A DNA stretch of 52,832 nucleotides from a virus (Duplodnaviria; Caudoviricetes): positions 1 through 52,832 of IMG/VR virus record IMGVR_UViG_3300048853_000118; one strand, written 5' to 3'. Within the stretch, counting starts at the first letter, position 1, and the number at the start of each line of letters is the position of its first letter. Positions 16,343 to 24,714 of this stretch are shown piece after piece. The notes below the pieces were generated by a model. That model had not been told where the DNA came from and did no database searches. It worked only from the letters and a program-made list of their open reading frames with translations. Position numbers and translations under genes: made by a program.

Positions 16343-18396
16343 AGCGCGACCTCATCACCATGCAGTTGGACCTGGGCCACGAGCTCATCATCGACAACTT
16401 CGCCGGCGGCGGCGGGACCAGCACCGGCCTGGAGGCTGCCTTCGGCCGCCCGGTCGACATAGCGATCAACCACGATCCCGAGGCGCTGGCCATGCACGCT
16501 ATCAACCACCCGCACACGAAGCACCTGTGCGAGAGCGTGTGGGACATCGATCCGATCGAGGTGACCGGCAACCAGCCGGTGGCCCTGGTCTGGCTGTCGC
16601 CCGACTGCAAGCACTTCAGCAAGGCCAAGGGCGGCAAGCCGGTCGAGAAGAAGATTCGCGGCTTGGCCTGGGTGACGCTGCGCTGGGCGGCGAAGTGCAA
16701 GCCGCGCGTGATCATGCTCGAAAACGTGGAAGAGTTCAAAACGTGGGGCCCTCTGATCCAGGACGAGCACGGCCACTGGAAACCGGATCCGGCGAAGCGC
16801 GGGAAGACGTTCGAATCGTTTGTGCGCCAGCTGGAGGCCCACGGCTACAAGGTCGACCACCGCGAGCTGCGCGCTAGCGACTACGACACGCCGACGATCC
16901 GGAAGCGCTTCTTCCTGGTCGCGCGCCGTGACGGGCTGCCGATCATCTGGCCGCAGCCGACCAACGGAGCGCCGGATTCGCCGGCCGTCCGCGCGGGGAA
17001 GCTGCAGCCGTACCGCACCGCGGCGGAATGCATCGACTGGGCGCTGCCGTGCCCGAGCATTTTCGGCCGCAAGAAGCCGCTGGCCGAGGCCACGCTGCGC
17101 CGCATCGCGAAGGGCATCATGCGCTACGTGGTTGACGCGGCCGAGCCGTTCATCGTGGGGCAGGGCGGCCCGATCTACGCCGGCAAGCCGGTGACCGCGA
17201 ACCAGCCGTTTGGCACGCTGACCACAGAGAACCACCGCGCGGTGGTCGTGCCGAGCATCGTCCCGGTCACGCATCAGGGTGGCGACCGCAGCGAATCGGT
17301 GCACGAGCCGTTCCGCACGATTACCGGCGCGCAGCGCGGCGAGAAGGCGCTGGCCAGCGCGTATCTGGCGCCGTACTACAGCGACAAGCGCCCGGCGGCC
17401 GCCCGCGGCACGCAGCCGGACGAGCCGGTCCTGACGATCACCACCGAGAATAGGCACGCCCTGGTGACCGCCTTCCTGAACGAGCACGCCAACGCGAGCA
17501 ACCAGCGCGTGATGCCGGCAGACGCGCCGCTGCGCACCGTCTGCGCCCAGGTGAAGGGCGGGCATTTCGGTCTGGTGTCGGCGGCGCTGGTCGGCGTCGG
17601 CGGGCCCGCCGGCGACAGCCGCCCGCGCGGCGTCGCAGAACCGACGGCCACGATCACGGCCAAGGGTGATACTGCGGTCGCCACGGCGTTCTTGGCGAAG
17701 CACTACACCGGCGTGGTCGGCTCGGATCTCGATGACCCGATCGGCACGGTCACGAGCTCGGACCACCACAGCCTGGTCACGGCCCACCTGACGAAGTTCC
17801 GCACTGGCTCGACCGGCAGCGACCTGGCTGAGCCAGTGCCGACCATCACCGCCGGTCCGAAGGAAAACCCGGCTGGCGCGCCGCACGCGCTGGGGATGGT
17901 GTCGAGCCACCTGGTTAAGCTGCGCGGCACTAGCACCGCGGCCGGCGCTGACGAGCCGCTGCACACGATCAGCGCCGGCGGCCAGCATCATGCCGAGGTC
18001 CGTGCGTTCCTGCTCAAGTATTACGGCACCGACCAGGATCCGCGACTGAGCGAGCCTCTGCATACGGTGACAACGAAGGACCGTTATGGCCTGGTGACCA
18101 TCCAAGGCCAGGACTACGAGATTGTGGACATCGGCTTGCGCATGCTGGCGCCGCACGAGCTGTACCGCGCGCAGGGCTTCCCGGCCGACTACGTCATCAA
18201 CGAGATTCCGGACCCGGAACTGCTGTTCGTGGGCGGCGAGCAGGTGGACGGTGACCCGCTGTCGCTCCCGCGCATCCCGCTGACGAAGTCGGCCCAGGTT
18301 CGCATGTGCGGCAACAGCGTCTGCCCGCCGCTCTCCGAGGCGCTCATCCGCGCGAACTTCGCGCACGAACGACAGATTGCCGAGAGGGCAGCATGA
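16339..18396 (+). CDS. C5-cytosine DNA methyltransferase (phage type, repeat-expanded)
   Basis: DNFAGGGG (I), SPDC (IV), MLENV (VI), TIRKRFF (VIII), RAQGF (IX), GNSV (X). Confidence 0.93.
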   Translation: MKRDLITMQLDLGHELIIDNFAGGGGTSTGLEAAFGRPVDIAINHDPEALAMHAINHPHTKHLCESVWDIDPIEVTGNQPVALVWLSPDCKHFSKAKGGKPVEKKIRGLAWVTLRWAAKCKPRVIMLENVEEFKTWGPLIQDEHGHWKPDPAKRGKTFESFVRQLEAHGYKVDHRELRASDYDTPTIRKRFFLVARRDGLPIIWPQPTNGAPDSPAVRAGKLQPYRTAAECIDWALPCPSIFGRKKPLAEATLRRIAKGIMRYVVDAAEPFIVGQGGPIYAGKPVTANQPFGTLTTENHRAVVVPSIVPVTHQGGDRSESVHEPFRTITGAQRGEKALASAYLAPYYSDKRPAAARGTQPDEPVLTITTENRHALVTAFLNEHANASNQRVMPADAPLRTVCAQVKGGHFGLVSAALVGVGGPAGDSRPRGVAEPTATITAKGDTAVATAFLAKHYTGVVGSDLDDPIGTVTSSDHHSLVTAHLTKFRTGSTGSDLAEPVPTITAGPKENPAGAPHALGMVSSHLVKLRGTSTAAGADEPLHTISAGGQHHAEVRAFLLKYYGTDQDPRLSEPLHTVTTKDRYGLVTIQGQDYEIVDIGLRMLAPHELYRAQGFPADYVINEIPDPELLFVGGEQVDGDPLSLPRIPLTKSAQVRMCGNSVCPPLSEALIRANFAHERQIAERAA

Positions 18397-18518
18397 CCTA
18401 CATCCGCCACTCCGCGCCGCGCTGCGTCGCCTGCGGCCGCCCGCAAGGGCGCGCCTACCGCGCCGACTGCCGCCTAGCTCAATTCACTACTCGGAGGGCC
18501 GACCATGGCCAGCAATAA
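18393..18518 (+). CDS. Small CxxC peptide
   Basis: MTYIRHSAPRCVACG; ATGA overlap. Confidence 0.45.
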   Translation: MTYIRHSAPRCVACGRPQGRAYRADCRLAQFTTRRADHGQQ

Positions 18519-18918
18519 CACCACCGGCCGCGCCAAGCGTGGCACTGCTTCCTACGCCGCCGGCGAATACCTGCACAAGCACGGTCCGGTGAGCCCGCAT
18601 GCGCTGTTCGCTGTGGTCGACATGGGCCACAAGGTCGGGCACCAGGAAGACACGCTGCAGCGCGGCATCCGCAGCGGCTGGCTGGTGCAGCAGGACGACG
18701 GGAAGATCGGCATTAGCAATTTCGCACGCGCGCATTACGACCAGCTGGAGGGGGAGAAGGTCCGCCCGGTTGGCCAAGTGGCAGCGATGCGCGAGCCGGT
18801 GAGCGTGTTTACGCGCCCGGCGCTGAGCAAGAAGCACATCCCGAACCCGTGCGGCCTGCGCCAGGACATCCCTGTGTGGTCGATTCGCACTGGTGCGTCT
18901 TTTCACACAAAGTCTTGA
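18505..18918 (+). CDS. Hypothetical protein
   Basis: GGAGG RBS, 137 aa. Confidence 0.65.
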   Translation: MASNNTTGRAKRGTASYAAGEYLHKHGPVSPHALFAVVDMGHKVGHQEDTLQRGIRSGWLVQQDDGKIGISNFARAHYDQLEGEKVRPVGQVAAMREPVSVFTRPALSKKHIPNPCGLRQDIPVWSIRTGASFHTKS

Positions 18919-18937
18919 GATGCTCAGCATGAAACAT

Positions 18938-19615
18938 TCAATAAGCCTCCAGCATCGGCAAAAGTGTGTCGGTGGCGAGATTCATCTTCTTGTAGGTGCC
19001 GCACAGCACTTGTGTGTAGCCAACCAACTCAGCCTTCAAGATTCGGATACGCGAACTCGTATTCTGCGTCGGGCCAAGCTCGTGCTCAATTTGAGCCGTC
19101 TCCAGGTTTTCTACCAAGGCGTTGTGGTAGCGGAGAGTCAGAACAAATCCTTTGGCAAGGCTGTAAGTGCGAACAATCTGAGCGCGCAATTCCGGATCAC
19201 GAATCAATCCAAGTTTTGGGAGCGCCGCGTTATAGATGTCGAAGGGGTCCTCACTGATAGGCATTATTCCATTGAAGTGCGTGCCAGGAGACAAGGTCAG
19301 CAGGTGCTTCCCAATCGCGTCGTGCGCATTTGCCGAATTTGTTTCGATCTCCGTTTTGATGGCGCTGATCAGTCCGTGGAGCTCGTCTTCGGCATTTTGC
19401 GCTTCTCGCCTTTGCTGGCTATCGGCCTGCTGCCACGACACCCATACTGCGACAAGTATTGCGAGAACCGAGCCAACCGCTTGGACCCATCCTGGCCACT
19501 GATTTCGATCCAGATTGAAGTGCCATCCAAGGAGGCAGGTAGCAATTGTCACCCCGGCAGTAATTACCAAAATGAACCGTGGGCTTGCAGAGATCAGCGA
19601 GATTTTGGTTGTCAT
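18938..19615 (-). CDS. Moron: two-TM membrane protein with helical domain
   Basis: Opposite strand, AT-richer; WVQAVGSVLAILVAVWV. Confidence 0.75.
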   Translation of the reverse strand: MTTKISLISASPRFILVITAGVTIATCLLGWHFNLDRNQWPGWVQAVGSVLAILVAVWVSWQQADSQQRREAQNAEDELHGLISAIKTEIETNSANAHDAIGKHLLTLSPGTHFNGIMPISEDPFDIYNAALPKLGLIRDPELRAQIVRTYSLAKGFVLTLRYHNALVENLETAQIEHELGPTQNTSSRIRILKAELVGYTQVLCGTYKKMNLATDTLLPMLEAY

Positions 19616-19629
19616 ATTGGAATCTTAGC

Positions 19630-20148
19630 ATGATGCGCCGCTCACCCCTCAAGCAGGGTAAGCCCCTGCGGCGCAGGACGCCGATGGCGCGCGGTACCGG
19701 CTTCAAAGCCCCGACGGCCGGCGCCGGCCTACTGCGCGTCGCCGCGGTGCAGGCCCGGGCCCGCGAGCCGAAGCCGGCCAAGCTGCCGAAGCCGATGAAG
19801 TCGCGCGGCATGAAAGGCCGCCCGCCAACCGCCGGCGAAGCGCGTTTCATGGACGCGATCGCGAGCCTGGGCTGCATTGCCTGCCTCAAGGACGGCCGCC
19901 ACGAGCCGGTCGTGAGCATCCACCATATCGACGGACGGACGAAGCCCGGCGCGCACTTCCTGGTGCTGCCCCTGTGCGGCCCGCACCACCAGCAGGACGA
20001 CACGGACCTGCGCGGGCGCATCAGTGTGCACGGCATGAAGGCCACGTTCCAGGCGCGCTATGGCACGCAGCAGGAGCTGCTGGCCGAGTGTGTCGAGATG
20101 CTAACAAGGCGCTGCGCCACCGGCGAACAAGAATTGGAGATTGCATGA
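19630..20148 (+). CDS. Ref-like (RecA-dependent) HNH nuclease
   Basis: Basic N-terminus; LGCIAC...IHH...LPLCGPHH. Confidence 0.78.
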   Translation: MMRRSPLKQGKPLRRRTPMARGTGFKAPTAGAGLLRVAAVQARAREPKPAKLPKPMKSRGMKGRPPTAGEARFMDAIASLGCIACLKDGRHEPVVSIHHIDGRTKPGAHFLVLPLCGPHHQQDDTDLRGRISVHGMKATFQARYGTQQELLAECVEMLTRRCATGEQELEIA

Positions 20149-20393
20149 ATATCTATACCCGCCAGTTTGTGGCCGACTGCCCGAACAACGGCCAGCCTAT
20201 CATCTACAACCTGAGGATCGAGACCGCTGACCGGATGATCCAGGTCGAGCACATTGTCACCGCTACGACCCTGATCGCGCGCGGCTACCACGAAGAGATC
20301 GCCGATGAGCTTCATCGCCGCTTTGGCGGCCGCCAAGTGCTGCGCGCGCATCACCACGGCGTCGACATCGAGACGATCCGGGAGGAGGCATGA
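20145..20393 (+). CDS. QueF-like T-fold protein
   Basis: FVADCPNNGQP (QueF CPxxGQP), VE, YHEE motifs; ATGA-coupled to next gene. Confidence 0.65.
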   Translation: MNIYTRQFVADCPNNGQPIIYNLRIETADRMIQVEHIVTATTLIARGYHEEIADELHRRFGGRQVLRAHHHGVDIETIREEA

Positions 20394-21094
20394 CGCTGCA
20401 CTATCACGGCACGCCAATCACACCGCACAAGGTGCGGGTCGAGCTGGCCGGGCGCAACTTCTGCACCTCGTTCTGGCGGCCCGACGATGTGGAGTGGTGT
20501 CACCAGTACGGCCAGAGCAACATGCTGGACAACGGGGCATGGTCGGCATTTATGGAGGCCATGCGCCGCGGCGCCACACCGGCGATCGACTGGAAGGCCT
20601 TCTACGCCTGGTGCGAGCGGTGGCTGGAATACCGCACCACCTGGGCAGTAATCCCCGACGTCATCATGGGCGACGCTGCAGCAAACGATGAGCTGGTGCG
20701 CGAGTGGCCATACGGCCAGCGAGGCGCGCCGGTGTGGCACATGCACGAGCCGGTCGAGCGCCTGATGCGCCTGTGCGACGAGTGGGAGCGCGTCTGAATT
20801 GGGTCGTCGGCACAGTACCGCGTGGTTGGGTCAGATATCTGGCACTCGCGCATGACCCTGGCAATGAATGCGATCTGCAAGACCGGGCGCGTGCCGACCT
20901 GGTTGCACATGCTGCGGGGGATGAACGCCGCGCGCTGGGGCTACCCGTTCGCCAGCGTGGATAGCACAGACATCGCCCGGAACCACAACCGCAAGAACAA
21001 TCCGCGCGAGATGGCCGACAACTGGGACGCCATCCAGTGCGCGCCAAGCTGGAAGCGGAAGTACGTTCAGTCCGACCTGCTGGAGGCCGCCTGA
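20390..21094 (+). pseudogene. TGT/DpdA-like transglycosylase interrupted by an in-frame TGA at 20795-20797
   Basis: ORFs 20390-20797 and 20822-21094 share a frame; LDNGAWS, IPDVI, PVWH, RV*IGSS, HMLRG, SVDST. Confidence 0.75.
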
Positions 21095-21123
21095 CGCGGC
21101 GCGAACGATAGAAAGGAAACAAC

Positions 21124-21858
21124 ATGGGAAGCATGCTCACACTGCAAACCACCGGCGGTGCCGACGTCACCATGTCGAGCCGAGAGATCGCCGACCTGGT
21201 TGAGAAGCGGCACGACAACGTTGTGCGCACGATCGAAAGCCTGCTGGCGCGCGGGACAATCGCACTTCCTCAATTTGAGGAAGTCCCGAACGATGGCCCG
21301 GGCCCGAAGACCATCCGACAGTACCGTGTCGGCAAACGCGATTCGTACGTGATCGTGGCGCAGCTGTCGCCGGAGTTCACCGCGCGCCTGGTAGACCGCT
21401 GGCAAGAGCTGGAGGCGAGCGCGCCGCCGTCGGCGCCGGCGGTCCCCCAGTCGTTCGCCGCGGCGCTGCGCCTAGCTGCCGAGCAGCAGGACCTGATTGA
21501 CGCCCAGGCTGCCCAGCTCGCCGCCGCGGCGCCGGCCGTGGAGTTTGTCGAGCGTTACGCCGACTCAACCGGCACAAAGGGTTTCCGCGAGGTAGCCAAG
21601 CTGCTGGGCGCGAACGAGGGCGCGTTCCGCGAGTTCCTGCTCGACCAGAAGATCATGTACCGGCTGAACGGTGCGCTGACGCCGCACGCCCAGCACCAGG
21701 CCGCCGGCCGCTTCTGCGTGAAGGCCGGTACCGCCCAGAACAACCACGCCTTCAACTCGGCACGCTTCACCCCGAAGGGCGTGACCTGGATTGCAGGCGA
21801 ATGGGCGAAGCACCAGGTGGCGCGCCGCCAGCGGCAGGGGGAGGTGGCCCATGCGTGA
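21124..21858 (+). CDS. Antirepressor (Rha-like N-terminus + ANT/KilAC C-terminus)
   Basis: MSSREIADLVEKRHDNV; PQSFAAALRLAA; APAVEF; FTPKG. Confidence 0.88.
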   Translation: MGSMLTLQTTGGADVTMSSREIADLVEKRHDNVVRTIESLLARGTIALPQFEEVPNDGPGPKTIRQYRVGKRDSYVIVAQLSPEFTARLVDRWQELEASAPPSAPAVPQSFAAALRLAAEQQDLIDAQAAQLAAAAPAVEFVERYADSTGTKGFREVAKLLGANEGAFREFLLDQKIMYRLNGALTPHAQHQAAGRFCVKAGTAQNNHAFNSARFTPKGVTWIAGEWAKHQVARRQRQGEVAHA

Positions 21859-22537
21859 CTACTCCCCGCTGCGCGGCCTGGCCGCCGCCAACCCGACCGT
21901 GCACCTGAAGTCGACGACAGTTGTCGAGCTGCTGGACGAACTGGACCGCCTGCGCGCCTCCGCGGCGCCGGCCAAGGTGAAGCGCAACGACTATCCGGCG
22001 GACTTCGAAGCGGTCTGGGAGGTCTACCCCGCACGTCCTGGCGACAGCAAGAAAGCAGCGCACAAAGCCTGGGCCGCGCGGCTGGCCGCCGGCGCCACAG
22101 TGGCCGAGATGCTCGCCGGCGCGCAGGCATACGCCGCCTTCGTAAAGGCCATGAAGATTGAGTCGATGTACATCCTGCAGTCCGCCACCTTCTTCGGGCC
22201 CAGCGAGCGGTATGCGGCCGACTGGACCCCGCCCGAGGTGCAGAAGAAGCCTGCGGGTGCCGGCAGCGCTTGGTGGGCGAGCGACGCGACGATCCTGGCC
22301 AAGGGCGCCGAGCTGGGGCTGTCGCCGCGGTCCGGCGAGTACATGGGCCAGTTTAAGGCGCGCATCGAGGCCGCGATGGATCCTGCTCTCGTGCCGCCGG
22401 CCGCCGCGTCGCCGATCCGTCCGGTGATCGCCCTGCCGGCGCCGGCAGAACCTGAGCAGCGCGCACGCAAGCCCGAGGGAATCGGATCGCTGAAAGACCT
22501 GGTGCGTCGCGAGCCCCCGCCGGCAAAGGCAGCATGA
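21851..22537 (+). CDS. Protein with replication-initiator C-terminal-like domain only
   Basis: FEAVWEVYP...SKKAAHKAW...ATFFGP; only ~45 aa precede it, no evident N-terminal wHTH. Confidence 0.65.
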   Translation: MRDYSPLRGLAAANPTVHLKSTTVVELLDELDRLRASAAPAKVKRNDYPADFEAVWEVYPARPGDSKKAAHKAWAARLAAGATVAEMLAGAQAYAAFVKAMKIESMYILQSATFFGPSERYAADWTPPEVQKKPAGAGSAWWASDATILAKGAELGLSPRSGEYMGQFKARIEAAMDPALVPPAAASPIRPVIALPAPAEPEQRARKPEGIGSLKDLVRREPPPAKAA

Positions 22538-22791
22538 GCAACGAAACCTGCGCCCTGTGCGGCCACTTCAAGATGAAGGAATACCCGGAGCACGCGAAGG
22601 TGGGCCTGGGGCGCTGCGCAGGGCGCGGCATCGGCCCGATTAACGAAATCAAGCCCTTCCTGCCCTGGAGTAGGCCGGCGTGCGAGCGGTACACGCCGGC
22701 GCTGAACCTGGCCGACCGTGAGGCGTGGATCGAGAAGCGTCGCGCGCTGGATCAGAAAAATAATGCAGCACAACCCGAAACGAAAGGATGA
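22534..22791 (+). CDS. Small Cys-containing protein
   Basis: CALCGHF...GRC...AC; ATGA overlap. Confidence 0.6.
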   Translation: MSNETCALCGHFKMKEYPEHAKVGLGRCAGRGIGPINEIKPFLPWSRPACERYTPALNLADREAWIEKRRALDQKNNAAQPETKG

Positions 22792-22792
22792 A

Positions 22793-23173
22793 ATGCCAAC
22801 CTCAGAACTAATCGTGACGCTTCCATTTCCAGACCGTCGCCTCAATCCCAACAACTCGAAAGGGCGGCACTGGGGCTCAGGCGTAGCTCTCAGAAAGGCT
22901 GCACGCGTAAACGCCGCGCATCTGACCGCATTAGCCAGCACAGGGGTTCGGTTCGAGCAGGCGCATGAACTCGCATTGGTCATCACGTTTGTCCAACCAG
23001 ACCGTCGCGCCCGTGACCGCGACAATCTCCTGGCCGCATGCAAGTCAATGCTCGACGGCGTCGCGGACGCGCTCGGCGTTAACGACAGTCAGTTCGAGCC
23101 AGTGACGATCCGACGCAAATATGGGATGAAGCCAGGTGCTGTCGTGATCGAGATAGGCAGCGTGGGTAATTAA
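22793..23173 (+). CDS. rusA: RusA-like Holliday junction resolvase
   Basis: PDRRARDRDNLLAACKSMLDGVADALGVNDS. Confidence 0.8.
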   Translation: MPTSELIVTLPFPDRRLNPNNSKGRHWGSGVALRKAARVNAAHLTALASTGVRFEQAHELALVITFVQPDRRARDRDNLLAACKSMLDGVADALGVNDSQFEPVTIRRKYGMKPGAVVIEIGSVGN

Positions 23174-23271
23174 CGATAGCAATCCCCCCACTTCTGTGGA
23201 CAAGCGGCCGGAATCAAGGTGGCTTCCGGTGCTCAGCATGATCAGACTGCACCGTGTACATCTGGCGCGGG

Positions 23272-23453
23272 CTAGAGGTGCATCAATCGGCGTGTATTTC
23301 CTGAGAGGACGCGTGATATGACACTTTCTGGATGTGCATCTCATTGAGAAAAGCACGGGCGTAATCCAGATCATGTGCACGTGCAAGGACGACTCCAACG
23401 TCGACAAGCATTTGACTATGAGTGTCTTGACGGTCGTCATCGTAAATTTGCAT
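23272..23453 (-). pseudogene. Small gene with probable 1-nt frameshift
   Basis: MQIYDDDRQD...YARAFLNEMHI continues as SVISRVLSGNTRR in the adjacent frame. Confidence 0.4.
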
Positions 23454-23455
23454 AG

Positions 23456-23812
23456 CTAATGCAGCTTCCGCAAGACTGCTATCAGTGCTTCGCCGAGTGA
23501 TTCGAGCAAGAATGGCTTGGCGACGAAAGCATCCACTAAAGATGAGCGGTGCTGGGGCAGAGCTCCAGTAGAAAATAGGACTACTTTAATGCCCGACTGC
23601 AACGTCATTGCCTCTGCAGCGTAGGTCAGCTCGATTCCCACAGGTGTGCGAGCAGTCACGATCAAAGTATCGAATCCAATACCGCTCATCAACCGCCGCG
23701 CCCGCTCGTAAGAGCCGACCCCGAGGGCACGATATTCCATCGCTTCCAGCATGTCGCAAATTGTTCTGCGAGTTTGGCGGTCTTCTTCCACCAGCAGGAT
23801 CAGGGCTCGCAT
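23456..23812 (-). CDS. Stand-alone CheY-like receiver domain, atypical
   Basis: ILLVEED, FDTLIVT (Thr at the phospho-Asp position), VVLFS, FVAKPF. Confidence 0.8.
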   Translation of the reverse strand: MRALILLVEEDRQTRRTICDMLEAMEYRALGVGSYERARRLMSGIGFDTLIVTARTPVGIELTYAAEAMTLQSGIKVVLFSTGALPQHRSSLVDAFVAKPFLLESLGEALIAVLRKLH

Positions 23813-24279
23813 TCGACGGCTTTAGGCAGGTTAGTTCGTCAAGCTTACGCTGATGCAGACCGCCACACGGCTCAACTCATAAATACATCTCGGGAATGCA
23901 CATTTTGGCGTGGCTGGAATGCCCCAAAGTGCAATCTGCTCTCGAGTAAAGACCGGCACCATGATCAAGACGAAGGCCGCCTACGCCGCGACCCTTAATG
24001 CGCGGCGCGACGCTGGCGAGGTGGCCTAGTTCAAGGTCGAACGGATAAGCTGCGGCTGGCCGATAAAACTCTCTACACTTCGGACTTCGCGGTAATGCTG
24101 ACCGACGTATCCTTGAAATCCATGAGGTAAAAGATTCTGGCGAAACGACGCGCGATTAAAAATCGAAATTTCTGTCGACATATACGCGATGCGCTTTCTT
24201 GCCATCACAACGCGACTTAAGAGAAAACGCGGCGGCTGGCAAAGTGAAATATTCTAAATCCTCAGCCTGAATTTGCTGA

Positions 24280-24705
24280 TTAGTTAGAACGTCTTAATGC
24301 GAAACCAATTGCTTGCACTAGAGCGGAATCTGAATTTTCGATCATATCGAGGAAGTAACGGCCTAACTCATATTTATTTGGAATTTCTGCCTCAGCAAAG
24401 ATGGTCTTTGTACCCTTTGCGATAGGCCCACGTTGTATAGGGTAGCCTTTAGAGGTAATTCGCAAATAAGCAATGTCGACGATTTCAGCATTTAAGTCAG
24501 ATAGGTTGGTGTCAAGGAAAACTCTAAAGCTTGTACCCTTCATGTCAGAGGAGATCTCATCTAATCCTATTGCAAATTGCTCCCCAGCAATTGTTGATAC
24601 GGCTTGAGCGAGTGAAGTAATTATCTCATTCAAATCTTCTCGTGATTTCTGGTAGCCTTCATTTACACTGCTGAGTGAGCGTCGAAGAGCGAATTCGAAG
24701 TCCAT
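24280..24705 (-). CDS. Hypothetical partner of the EEP nuclease
   Basis: 141 aa, AAGGA RBS, 9 bp downstream of EEP gene, AT-rich. Confidence 0.75.
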   Translation of the reverse strand: MDFEFALRRSLSSVNEGYQKSREDLNEIITSLAQAVSTIAGEQFAIGLDEISSDMKGTSFRVFLDTNLSDLNAEIVDIAYLRITSKGYPIQRGPIAKGTKTIFAEAEIPNKYELGRYFLDMIENSDSALVQAIGFALRRSN

Positions 24706-24714
24706 GATGTATCC

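Noticed and set aside
16252-18366. 704-aa antisense ORF (also 32159-34576, 36660-38606, 45763-48324)
   Set aside because: Shadow frames of GC-rich genes with strong codon bias; no motifs or RBS
18893-19633. 246-aa plus-strand ORF
   Set aside because: Antisense to the membrane moron, which has a coherent TM architecture
20795-20845. Selenocysteine codon with SECIS as a firm call
   Set aside because: Downstream hairpin is weak and host Sec machinery is unknown; nonsense change or error is more parsimonious
23820-24270. Short ORFs 23774-23998 and 24026-24208
   Set aside because: No motifs or RBS; likely intergenic or decayed DNA
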